Origin: a virus
Taxonomy: Duplodnaviria > Caudoviricetes
DNA: 64,000 nt
Virus record (IMG/VR): IMGVR_UViG_3300042306_000967
Span: 56,951-120,950 of that record
Strand: one strand, 5' to 3'
In this document: in pieces, positions 49,615 to 58,968 of the stretch
How the letters are laid out: the number at the start of each line of letters is the position of its first letter
Numbering within the stretch: the stretch's first letter is position 1
The notes under the pieces: model-generated
What the model was told of the DNA's origin: nothing
Databases searched by the model: none
Seen by the model: only the letters and a program-made list of their open reading frames with translations
Program-made: the position numbers and the translations under genes

Positions 49615-50630
49615 TATCCTTCAAATTTATTTCCTCTTTGTTTTTGCAAACCAACCGTCAACGTTACCGTTGATGAAGTTGTTTTTGCTATAAATGAACC
49701 CTTATATAATTTATCTCTACTTGCTCCTATCGCCTTTGCAGGTACTTTATCCCTCACTGCTCCTTTATTTGGCGCAAGTATTATTACCTTTTTCGCTTTT
49801 GGTTCTAATGTGATAGAATCTACTTTTTCTAAAGTATCTCCAGTTTCTCCGGTTGATTCAAATGATATGTTTACACTTTCTGCAGAGAAATTATATACTT
49901 CCACATCTGGACCATTTATCCAAGTAACTTCACCTTTTGCATTTGCTCTTGAATTAAATAATATATCTTCACCACCTTCTTGTCCTTTTTTAAGAACTTT
50001 TAAAGATATATCCATACCAACTTTTGAACCTTCTGCCAATTTAGCATCTTTACCTTCCAATTGTTCTTTATATGCTCTATTTTGTTCTTCCAACGAAGCA
50101 ACTCTTGCCGTCAATGAAACTCTCTGAATCGCTTCCGATGTTGCTTTTTGAATAGCATTTTGTAAATCAACTATACTAGATTGGACTTTTGTTCCATATT
50201 GAAATGATTCATTCTGTGCAGTTGATGATGCTATCGTTTCTCTATCTACATCTATTCGTAAGCTTTCGGTTACAATTTCCAATTCAATAACCTTTGCTCT
50301 TAAATCATCTATTTCTTTATTTAACTGAGTTACTTCTGCAGTTAAATCGATTACGGATTGCGTTACCGGATTATAAACTCTTCTAGGTACTGTATCTTCA
50401 ACCGGTGGTGGTTCTTGTGGAATTAATTCGATAATCGTTGTATCAATTGCTCTTAATAATTCATCCTCATCATATTTTGGTTTAGTTAGTTTACCAGAAA
50501 TTACGCCGCCATCCTTGTCTTTATTTTCAAAGATATAAACACCGGTATCGGTTTTTGGTTTTAACGCCAAAGAACCACTTACAAGTATTCTGCCTACATT
50601 AACCTCATTTTTTAATCCAGTATTTTTCAT
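49614..50630 (-). CDS. Baseplate-region coiled-coil protein with C-terminal Ig-like domain
   Basis: Central heptads, beta-rich C-terminus. Confidence 0.5.
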   Translation of the reverse strand: MKNTGLKNEVNVGRILVSGSLALKPKTDTGVYIFENKDKDGGVISGKLTKPKYDEDELLRAIDTTIIELIPQEPPPVEDTVPRRVYNPVTQSVIDLTAEVTQLNKEIDDLRAKVIELEIVTESLRIDVDRETIASSTAQNESFQYGTKVQSSIVDLQNAIQKATSEAIQRVSLTARVASLEEQNRAYKEQLEGKDAKLAEGSKVGMDISLKVLKKGQEGGEDILFNSRANAKGEVTWINGPDVEVYNFSAESVNISFESTGETGDTLEKVDSITLEPKAKKVIILAPNKGAVRDKVPAKAIGASRDKLYKGSFIAKTTSSTVTLTVGLQKQRGNKFEG

Positions 50631-50631
50631 A

Positions 50632-51702
50632 CTAATTATTTTCTAAACTAAACGTTATATTTTCATCAAAAAATTGAACATCACCGTTGTGTTCAACCTT
50701 AAATTCTAATTTATAAATTCTATTTGGTTGCCAATTTGAAAAATTAACTTTGATATAATTACCAGTTTCATCACAACTAATTTTTGAATAATTTCCAAAT
50801 GGAATTATAACATCATCTGATGCCGCATCTTTTATTTGATAATATGATGATGTTGGTAAATATTCAGCCGTATTGTAAGCAAACGAATTAGTAAATGTTT
50901 TTAATGGATACAAATCTCTAGCAAATATTCTTATTTTTGCAGTTGAATTAACTTTGTATTTGTTTTTAAAATTAAAAACATTAACTTTTATATCATTCGC
51001 CGTCAATGGATTTAATTGGCCTGTTACATATGATTGGTCATCCCATCCTATTCTTACTTTTGGCTGGTGTATTGTATTTGTTTCTTTACTAAAGAATTTA
51101 AGTATTCCATAATCTTCAGTATCATCTTCAACCGAATTATTGTATTTAATTATAAATCCATTATTTTGTACAGAACCACTTAACCAGCTTTTTAATGATT
51201 CTTTAACATCCATATTAATATCAGCGGTTTGATAATTAAATGATTGACTTGCTGCGTTTGCAGTGTACCAAACACCACCTCTACCTTCATATGAACCAGT
51301 ACTACCCGCCGAAAATTGTCCAGATGGTAACCACTCTAAATTAGAATCACCTTCTCTATAATCCCAAGTTACACCCTGTGTAGATACCTCATCAAAACGA
51401 GTGCCCTTTCCCATTTGCCAACTTCCCGAAATCATATAAGCGTAAACTGTGTATTCTAAAGGAATTTCTTCGCTTTCGGTTTGTCTCAAAACAAGTGTAG
51501 CGTTTTCTAATTTCATGCTGCCATTTGATAATGAAGATGAAAGATGTGAAATATCAAATCTTATTAATATTCTGGATAAATCTTTTATATTTCCATAATA
51601 TACTTTACTTATTTCCAATATCTCATCCAATCCAGTATTTTGAAATGGTTGTTGAATATACACCGATGCATCTTTTGATGCTGTTAAAAAATAGTATGCC
51701 AT
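50632..51702 (-). CDS. Baseplate-region protein with DNRLRE/CBM96-like domain
   Basis: ASKDASVY...NTG.DEILEI...SRILIRFD...A.LVL...W..G...TW...MDV...W...NNGFIIK...F.SKE...P. Confidence 0.55.
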   Translation of the reverse strand: MAYYFLTASKDASVYIQQPFQNTGLDEILEISKVYYGNIKDLSRILIRFDISHLSSSLSNGSMKLENATLVLRQTESEEIPLEYTVYAYMISGSWQMGKGTRFDEVSTQGVTWDYREGDSNLEWLPSGQFSAGSTGSYEGRGGVWYTANAASQSFNYQTADINMDVKESLKSWLSGSVQNNGFIIKYNNSVEDDTEDYGILKFFSKETNTIHQPKVRIGWDDQSYVTGQLNPLTANDIKVNVFNFKNKYKVNSTAKIRIFARDLYPLKTFTNSFAYNTAEYLPTSSYYQIKDAASDDVIIPFGNYSKISCDETGNYIKVNFSNWQPNRIYKLEFKVEHNGDVQFFDENITFSLENN

Positions 51703-53738
51703 TATCTTACTCTACCTTTTATATCTTTATCAGGAAACTTAACTTCAAAAATTGACGGGTCTAAAGATGGATATACAATCTTATCTTTAGTAGCCGCATC
51801 AATATTATAAGAATTTGGTGAATAATTACCACCACATTTATTTGTTATTTTTAACATTGGAACAGATTGAACTCCTTCTATGTTTGCAAGAAGTAATTCA
51901 ATTTCACTTAAATTTATAGTCTGATTGAATTGCCAATTATCAACTATAAAATATTCTTTTAATTCATTTACACATTCTACCAACACTTCTGCTTTATTAT
52001 AATTTGGATAACAAATGATTTCAAAATCAACACCAATGTTTATTACAAACCCATCTAGCATATTAACACCATCGGTTAATATTTTATATTCGTTTAAATA
52101 TGTTTTTAAATTTTCTTTTAATGCTCTATTAATATTTGATAAATTACCGTTACCATCATAAGATAGTAAATAAAGATTTACTGCAAATGGATTATTTTTT
52201 TCGTTTTCGTTTGATGTTTTTCCTATTAAAAATTTAGTAATATCTTGTTTAACAGACGCTTCACTTGGTTCTTCTGAATCCGGTTTATTTACAAAACTCA
52301 TAACCAAATCGGTAAATTCTTGCAGATTGTTTGGAGATGCTAATATAGATGATGGTGAGTTGTTATCCAATGTACCATCTGCGGTTGCAAAAGCTTTTGC
52401 AATTGCACCAAATTTGGATGGCATTGATAATACTCTAATTTGATAATCTTTTGCAGTTACTGCTCTATTTTGAGATGAAAAGTGTGCTAATGCATTTTGT
52501 TTCATTTCAAGTAAAGTTTCACCACTTCTTCCACCTGAAGCAGCAATTTCATTATCAACAGCAATAGTATTCTTCATTTTTAAATAAAGAGGTAATTCTT
52601 GTGCAGTAAAATCATTTAAATCTTCGTCATATTCTATAACTTTAATTTTATTTATAGTGTTACTAGCTACATTCGATGTAACACCACCTCCAGTTAAATA
52701 CTTAATAGTTAAAGTTGTATTTGCCGGTGATGTCCCGTATGTTTTTGTTTTTAAGAAATTAGTTGGGTCAAATGATTCTTCTAATCTATTAATAGAATTT
52801 GGCAATCCCAATCCAACATTTTTAAGATTTGGAATTAATAATTCATCGGATGCGGTTGGGTCTCCTGCACCAAACTGTAAAGTTGTTGTACTATCACCAT
52901 TAATTACAGTTGTAAATCGTTTAGGTGTTTTTATTGTTTTTAAAATATATGGAACAGTTGTTTTAAATTGATATAAGTCAGGATCGTTTGTAGCTGTATT
53001 TGGTTGTTCAATAAATACCATTTCTTGCGCTAAATAAGGTACTTCATAGTACTTATTACCATCCGCATCTCTTACATCAATAATTTGAATAATATCATTT
53101 TCTGGTAGCAAAACTCGTTGATATGGAGTATAACTTCCAAATAATTCTTGCTTTGTTCTTACTCTACCAGATATCGCATCTCCATATTTTTTAATCAAAT
53201 ACAAAGATGGTTCTCCGGTTAGGGTATCTCTTTGATATACGGTAATTTCTCTATCGGTTTCATCGTTAAAATCTATATAATCAGTAGTATAAAATTCAAT
53301 GTTATTTTGCGATGATTCTAATATCATACCACTTTTAATTCTTAAATAATATTTTGAATCCGGTCTATTAGAAGTACCACTACCAATAGAAGGTACAAGT
53401 TGATATACCGATATTTTTGTTGCAGATGGTGCTGTTACCGCTGGTTTATATCCCAGATATCGTGCTAGAGGTATTACACTTTGCATATCATCCGCATATA
53501 ACATTAAGGATTGTTTAAACGTATCATCAATATAATACGATAGTACATCTCCTACATATGCAGCCATCTCTATAAAAAGAGTACCCGGTGATGCATCACT
53601 AAAATCATTATAAGCTTTTGGAAAATATGTTTTTGCAAACTCAACAAGATTTTCTTTAAATTGTGAAAAATCTTTATTAAGATATTTTACATCTTTTCCT
53701 CTATTTTTAAAGTTTTTATTTATACTTCTTAACGCCAT
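51702..53738 (-). CDS. gp6: Baseplate wedge subunit (T4 gp6 / baseplate J-like)
   Basis: KDFSQFKENL, YNDFSDASPG.LFIEMAAYVGDVLSYY, LARYLGYKP, LQFGAG, YLTGGG..SN, ASGG...ET, QNRAVTAKDY. Confidence 0.9.
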   Translation of the reverse strand: MALRSINKNFKNRGKDVKYLNKDFSQFKENLVEFAKTYFPKAYNDFSDASPGTLFIEMAAYVGDVLSYYIDDTFKQSLMLYADDMQSVIPLARYLGYKPAVTAPSATKISVYQLVPSIGSGTSNRPDSKYYLRIKSGMILESSQNNIEFYTTDYIDFNDETDREITVYQRDTLTGEPSLYLIKKYGDAISGRVRTKQELFGSYTPYQRVLLPENDIIQIIDVRDADGNKYYEVPYLAQEMVFIEQPNTATNDPDLYQFKTTVPYILKTIKTPKRFTTVINGDSTTTLQFGAGDPTASDELLIPNLKNVGLGLPNSINRLEESFDPTNFLKTKTYGTSPANTTLTIKYLTGGGVTSNVASNTINKIKVIEYDEDLNDFTAQELPLYLKMKNTIAVDNEIAASGGRSGETLLEMKQNALAHFSSQNRAVTAKDYQIRVLSMPSKFGAIAKAFATADGTLDNNSPSSILASPNNLQEFTDLVMSFVNKPDSEEPSEASVKQDITKFLIGKTSNENEKNNPFAVNLYLLSYDGNGNLSNINRALKENLKTYLNEYKILTDGVNMLDGFVINIGVDFEIICYPNYNKAEVLVECVNELKEYFIVDNWQFNQTINLSEIELLLANIEGVQSVPMLKITNKCGGNYSPNSYNIDAATKDKIVYPSLDPSIFEVKFPDKDIKGRVR

Positions 53739-53739
53739 C

Positions 53740-54183
53740 TTAACTATTATTATTTATACTAAAATCAACATCAAATCCAGCATTAATTCCTTTGGCAGTA
53801 AAACTAATTTTAACGCCAACTTCATTTTTATCTTTCATTTCGTTAGATTGGTCTATTTCTATATTTGAAACCGTTAATTCTGGAATCCAATATCTTACCG
53901 CAGTTTCTATTGCTTCGGTTATTTTATCATTCATTTCATCATCATTTGGTTCAAAAAGTATTCGATGTAATTTTGTACCAAAAAGTGGTTGATTTAATCT
54001 TTCTCCTTGTCTGGTTCGTAATAATAAAGTTACATTTGATTTTAATTGTGCAACCGAATCATAGTTTTGAAAAAACGTGTTAGTTCCCATTTGCATAGGA
54101 ATAGATAATCCTAAAGCATAATCACTTAAAACTCTCAAAGATGAATTGTCTGCTACAAAATATTGACCTACTACTACTGCCAT
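53740..54183 (-). CDS. gp25: Baseplate wedge / sheath initiator (gp25 family)
   Basis: QLKSNV..LL.T..GERL.QP.FGT.L..ILFEP...I.EAI..W.P. Confidence 0.9.
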   Translation of the reverse strand: MAVVVGQYFVADNSSLRVLSDYALGLSIPMQMGTNTFFQNYDSVAQLKSNVTLLLRTRQGERLNQPLFGTKLHRILFEPNDDEMNDKITEAIETAVRYWIPELTVSNIEIDQSNEMKDKNEVGVKISFTAKGINAGFDVDFSINNNS

Positions 54184-54659
54184 TACTTTTTAAATCGTTT
54201 AACAAGTTCAGAATAATCTCTATTAAAAGCTTTATCTAATTCGGCAACACCGGTTTGTACACCTAACCCACTTCTCTGGCCGCCACCTGCAAATTCACCA
54301 TACCCCATTTTTTCAGCCATAGCGGTTCTACCTACAATTGAACCCATATCACCTTGGCCAAAATTCATTGTTCTGAATCCACCATCAACACTAGCTGCAG
54401 CGGTTCTAGTTTCATTAAGAATTTGATTAATCATTGGATTTTTACTAAATTCTTTTTCTTTTGTTTCAACTATTTTTGGCTTTTCTTCACCTAAAATAGC
54501 TTTAGCCATACTTAATCCAGTATTTTTTGGTTGTTTTTGTTCAGCCAATACTTTCTTCATTTCAGACCTTACTGCTTCCTTAATAAGAGTAGGAAGTTGT
54601 TGTTTAAGTTCCTCTTTGACTAAGATTTGAATGGCTTGTAATAATTTATCAGTATTCAT
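54183..54659 (-). CDS. Hypothetical late protein
   Basis: 158-aa ORF with late motif at 54681-54688; ends in RDYSELVK. Confidence 0.5.
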   Translation of the reverse strand: MNTDKLLQAIQILVKEELKQQLPTLIKEAVRSEMKKVLAEQKQPKNTGLSMAKAILGEEKPKIVETKEKEFSKNPMINQILNETRTAAASVDGGFRTMNFGQGDMGSIVGRTAMAEKMGYGEFAGGGQRSGLGVQTGVAELDKAFNRDYSELVKRFKK

Positions 54660-54732
54660 ACATTCTTATTTGTTATGTAAATAAATATCTAATAAAGATT
54701 TTTTTAAGGTTTGATAATTATTACCTATAAAT

Positions 54733-55632
54733 TTATTTTGAAAATATAGTACCGCCGATGACTTTGGAAGATGGTTTTGCTCTTAAATCTAAAAGATACT
54801 GATAAACTCTATTCGGTATTCGTATAACGTTACCATTCGCATCTCTAGTAGGTACGCCACCACTACATCTCACATACGCACAATCGTTATTTGATGTAAA
54901 GTTTATATAATCTTTATCTACACCTGGTAAAATTTCTTTTATAGAACCAAATATTGATTGTTCTCTTGCCGGAGTTGGACCTCTTAAATACCAAACTCTA
55001 CTACTAGCAGGACCCGTAACCGGTTCAAACTGATTTGGTTTATTTATAGTTTGTGTGACGGTTGTTGCTCGTAAAATTCTTAATCTAGTTCTATTTAATA
55101 TTACCGCTGCTACCCAAGCCTGTTCCGTTTGATTAACTGTTGATTCGGCCGCTACCAATGAAATAAAATTACTCCATTCCTGGTCATCAACAAACGGCTG
55201 TCCCATATATGCTTCGGCAACAGCTCTTGCTTCATCTATTTTTGCCGTAAAGTTTGTTTGCAGCGTTTCACCAAAATTTTGAACTGTAGTGCCATCGGCT
55301 TTTACAAGATTTGGATAAACAACATTTTGATTTTGTACCCTTCCTAAATCCTCATCTTCAATAAATAAAACTCTAGTTGATTTTGGTTTTCCAGCTTTGT
55401 AATTACTATTTAGAATTCGTTCTCCAAGCTGACCTAATTCTATAACTTCTGGATCGGTTGGCATTATTTTATATCCTGTCCATGCAACTTGAGATGGAGC
55501 TGGTGTACCGAGTGGCAAATATGTGGCAGTTGTAACTATTGTACCCTTTACGGTTAATAAATGCTGACTAGCCATTCTGATAAACTCATCTATCAGTATC
55601 CCACAATTCATATTTGGATTTACAGCTGCCAT
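54733..55632 (-). CDS. Virion-associated cell-wall hydrolase (SleB/Hydrolase_2-like C-terminal domain)
   Basis: LVAAES...EQAWVAAVILNR...V...I..PNQFEPV...IGGTIF. Confidence 0.75.
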   Translation of the reverse strand: MAAVNPNMNCGILIDEFIRMASQHLLTVKGTIVTTATYLPLGTPAPSQVAWTGYKIMPTDPEVIELGQLGERILNSNYKAGKPKSTRVLFIEDEDLGRVQNQNVVYPNLVKADGTTVQNFGETLQTNFTAKIDEARAVAEAYMGQPFVDDQEWSNFISLVAAESTVNQTEQAWVAAVILNRTRLRILRATTVTQTINKPNQFEPVTGPASSRVWYLRGPTPAREQSIFGSIKEILPGVDKDYINFTSNNDCAYVRCSGGVPTRDANGNVIRIPNRVYQYLLDLRAKPSSKVIGGTIFSK

Positions 55633-56655
55633 TTAGTATTTATTTATATGGTCTCCTAAAATTTTTGGTTGCCTTCCTGTTATTGGATGGAATCCATCCT
55701 TTATTACACCTACCGATATTATAGGAACAATAGTTGCACCCTTTATCGTTGATGCCATTAATCTTTGATATTTTTGATATTCCTGTAAATACGGTATGTA
55801 ATCTTCTTTTACCCTCACATATCTAGTGAATGGGAAATTTTCAATTAACATATCTCGTTCACCATCATATCCAGTAATTACAATCGCTTTTGCACCGGTT
55901 TTATTTACGGAATCTACCATACCTTGCAATACACTTAATACCCTTTCTGCTTTCTTTGCGGAAAATATATCATTCGTACCACCATATATGTAAACTTTAT
56001 CATATTTGGTTGTAGCCAGTTTCTTTTCTAATTCCGGCTTCATCCATAGTGTTAATTGTTTACCACCAATTGCAAGTATTTCAACATCTGCTTTATTATT
56101 AATTTTTTTATAATATGATGACCAAGTATATCCCGCATCTACAGATATAGAATCACCTACTATTAAAATCTTTTTGGCATTATCATTATTTTCTTTAGCA
56201 GGTTTATTTTCAGAATCTTGTTTCTTTTTTTCTTCTAGTTTAGTTTCTTCCAAATCTCCTTGAACTGGCCAATTTCCTGGAGCTGTAATAGAATTACTCA
56301 CACTTGTCAAATTTGCAGTTACGTTTGTAGCAATTTGCGGTGCGGTTGGTAAAGGTATTGGAAATGGTGCAAGTTGTGCACCGGTCCAATATGCTTTAAC
56401 ACCCCTTCCCATTTCACCAACTAAATCATAAGGAGTAGTTTTGGATAATCCTTTTTGTAAAGCGGAAACGAATAATTTTTGCATAGCCTCTACGTTACCT
56501 TTTGTAACCGATATATTATCAGGTATTGTTCCACCTCTCTTAACCGCAGCATCATATTCTTCGGCAAATGCTTTAGCAACATACTCTATATCAGGTACTT
56601 GTTTAGCATTACATATTCTATTTATTAAATTATTTTTAAATAGTTGCCAACTCAT
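55633..56655 (-). CDS. Virion-associated protein with C-terminal SGNH/GDSL esterase
   Basis: Block I IVGDSIS, block II AIGG, block III GGTNDI, block V DGFHP. Confidence 0.8.
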   Translation of the reverse strand: MSWQLFKNNLINRICNAKQVPDIEYVAKAFAEEYDAAVKRGGTIPDNISVTKGNVEAMQKLFVSALQKGLSKTTPYDLVGEMGRGVKAYWTGAQLAPFPIPLPTAPQIATNVTANLTSVSNSITAPGNWPVQGDLEETKLEEKKKQDSENKPAKENNDNAKKILIVGDSISVDAGYTWSSYYKKINNKADVEILAIGGKQLTLWMKPELEKKLATTKYDKVYIYGGTNDIFSAKKAERVLSVLQGMVDSVNKTGAKAIVITGYDGERDMLIENFPFTRYVRVKEDYIPYLQEYQKYQRLMASTIKGATIVPIISVGVIKDGFHPITGRQPKILGDHINKY

Positions 56656-56656
56656 A

Positions 56657-57256
56657 TTACTTTGGTAAATTTGGTATTTGTGATTGAATTTTTCCGGCTA
56701 TATTTGATGCTTGAGAAGATAAATTTCCTGCTAATCCTTGAGCCTGTGATGTTATATTTCCAACTTGTGATTGTATATTTCCTGCTAATCCTTGCGCCTT
56801 TGATGCTAATCCTTGCGCCTGTGATGCTAATCCTTGCGCTTTTGCTGCCGCATCTTTTAGCTTATTAATACCACCGGCAGCTTTACCAACCATACCTTTT
56901 AATTTTTCTTTTTCGGCTTTTAATTCTTTTTTTGTTTTTGGTAAAGCAGGTTGTCTAAATTCTTTAAGTGGTTTAAATGGTGGAGGTTTTATACCTTTAA
57001 AGTTTGGTATAGTTGGTTTTTTTATATTTTTAAGCTTATCCGCCAATTCCTTTGCCTTACCCAATTGTGCCTGTGCCTCACCTATCGCACCCCCTGCTAA
57101 TGCAGATAAATCACCAGGTACAACACTCGTAATCGTATTTAAATTTATACCTGCCGCGTTTTGTAATTGTGAAGTTAAGCCGCCAACCGCGCCTTCTAGT
57201 TTTGGTGCTATGTTTGAAGTTATACCACTTATGACTGTAGTTCCTATATTGCTCAT
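56657..57256 (-). CDS. Low-complexity amphipathic protein with AQGLA repeats
   Basis: AQGLASQAQGLASKAQGLAGNIQSQ; adjacent to the gp5-like gene. Confidence 0.5.
   Translation of the reverse strand: MSNIGTTVISGITSNIAPKLEGAVGGLTSQLQNAAGINLNTITSVVPGDLSALAGGAIGEAQAQLGKAKELADKLKNIKKPTIPNFKGIKPPPFKPLKEFRQPALPKTKKELKAEKEKLKGMVGKAAGGINKLKDAAAKAQGLASQAQGLASKAQGLAGNIQSQVGNITSQAQGLAGNLSSQASNIAGKIQSQIPNLPK
56727..56840 (-). repeat. 21-nt coding tandem repeat (AQGLAS)
   Basis: TGCTAATCCTTG(C/A)GC occurs four times on the plus strand. Confidence 0.8.
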
Positions 57257-57265
57257 ACTAATAAA

Positions 57266-58525
57266 TTATGAAGTTTGATTCTGATTACTTAGAATATTAT
57301 TTAATTTATCTTTAATTGCCCCAAATGCTTTTCTATTTTCAGAACCTATTGCAGAAGGACCGGCTGGTGTTTTGAATTGCATATCGCCTATAACATCAAT
57401 TAATTCACCAAGAATTGCAACTAATTGTTTTCCTTTTACCAACGGTTCTAAATCTTTACTGCCTAAAAATATCTTACCATTTCCAGTAACCATTACAACA
57501 TCTTTGTCATTTGTAACAATATTAATATTATCTTTTACACTTATATCAATTCCAAGTTTATTATCAATAGATAAGTTTCCATCTGAAATAAATCCATAAT
57601 TCTTTTTTGAATAGAATATCATTTCACCATTTCTAGCAGAAAACATTAATCTACCGGAACTTAAAAGAATTTGGTCTCCGTTTAATTTTGCAGGATAATC
57701 AACAAATGATTCTGGTTTTGTTTCAAAATCGGATTTTCCATTTTTATCCAATGTACCAGGAATAAATGGAAGTTCATAATCTTTGGATGATAATGCAATC
57801 GTGCTACCATCCATATTAACATCTTCTTCTATTGTAACATTTACATTTTTAGCCTGATTAAGTGGACTCTCTCCATTTCTAATAATGATTGTTGGTGAAA
57901 ATGATGGAGTAGAACCGGCTTTATTATTATATGCTGAAAAACGTATTGATTGTCCAAATCTAGATTCAATTATAGAATCTCCTTCATATAATTTTAATTT
58001 ATGTATATTTGGAGTGAATTTAAAGTATTTTCCAAATTTATCATATTTTTTAAATTCACCGGTATTATCGTTATTGGTTATACCGGTTGTAGCTGTTTCT
58101 TTATATGATTGTAAATTTGGTGCACTTTGTGTTGAATTTTGTTTTGGATGTATCTTTAATGATATCTCATTTATGGCCGCACTTGAATTAGGTGTTTCAT
58201 TGGTTGGTTGCATTCTTTTATAAAAAATACCTAATCCGGTCTTTATAATATGCACTCTCTCATTGATAGTTGGTAAATCTTTTTTAGTTGCATCTACCGG
58301 TAATGCAATAGGTATATCATCTTTAGAAACACCAAATGCATCTAAAGTTCTATAAATGATAGCCCCTATGAAAGTCAATCTATATCCTTCATCGTATTTT
58401 TTTAAATACTCATTATTTTCATCCGTTATAACATCAAAAACAACACCGATATCACTTTGAGAAGTTTCGGTAATATTTGTTGATAATATGTTTGATGTAC
58501 TAATTCTATCGGTAGTAAGACCCAT
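57266..58525 (-). CDS. Baseplate hub/spike protein (gp5/VgrG-like)
   Basis: N-terminal OB-fold-like LP..NE.V; EGDSIIESRFGQSIRF; beta-helix-like C-terminus with EPLVKG..L and TPAGPS; upstream of gp25 and gp6. Confidence 0.65.
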   Translation of the reverse strand: MGLTTDRISTSNILSTNITETSQSDIGVVFDVITDENNEYLKKYDEGYRLTFIGAIIYRTLDAFGVSKDDIPIALPVDATKKDLPTINERVHIIKTGLGIFYKRMQPTNETPNSSAAINEISLKIHPKQNSTQSAPNLQSYKETATTGITNNDNTGEFKKYDKFGKYFKFTPNIHKLKLYEGDSIIESRFGQSIRFSAYNNKAGSTPSFSPTIIIRNGESPLNQAKNVNVTIEEDVNMDGSTIALSSKDYELPFIPGTLDKNGKSDFETKPESFVDYPAKLNGDQILLSSGRLMFSARNGEMIFYSKKNYGFISDGNLSIDNKLGIDISVKDNINIVTNDKDVVMVTGNGKIFLGSKDLEPLVKGKQLVAILGELIDVIGDMQFKTPAGPSAIGSENRKAFGAIKDKLNNILSNQNQTS

Positions 58526-58526
58526 A

Positions 58527-58919
58527 TTATTTCATTTTCTTTTTTAAATCTTCTAATTCAAATTCTAAATCATCTACTCTCTCTACCTCTTGTTTGGTTT
58601 CCTCTAATTCTTTAAGTAATTGATTTTTTTCAAATTCAGTTAAGAACCCATCCTGTCCTTCGGTTTTCTTTTCCGCGGCTATAATTTTAGTTGCAATAGT
58701 TGCCAGTTTAACTAACTGGTCATCGTTCTTAACTGAACTATCTATCAATGATGATAGTATAGGACCGATAGATGCAACATCACCCGCATGTTTTATCATC
58801 TTCTTTAATTCTTCTATTAAAGAGCTTATTTTTTGCTTTTTGCTTAATTGGTTGTTATAAATGTCCTCAAATAGAGAACTTAGATTTTTTCCTTTAAATA
58901 ACTCGAAATCTGTTGACAT
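58527..58919 (-). CDS. Conserved hypothetical helical protein
   Basis: 130-aa ORF with late motif at 58941-58948. Confidence 0.5.
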   Translation of the reverse strand: MSTDFELFKGKNLSSLFEDIYNNQLSKKQKISSLIEELKKMIKHAGDVASIGPILSSLIDSSVKNDDQLVKLATIATKIIAAEKKTEGQDGFLTEFEKNQLLKELEETKQEVERVDDLEFELEDLKKKMK

Positions 58920-58968
58920 ACTTTATTATTTTGTATGTCTATAAATATGTGTTATGAAAAAAGTGGGA

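Noticed and set aside
55630-55635. Stop-codon readthrough fusing the SGNH and SleB genes (same arrangement at 62806-62811)
   Set aside because: The stop is TAA followed directly by ATG, and at 62808 the downstream gene has its own signal peptide. Tight translational coupling explains it without readthrough.
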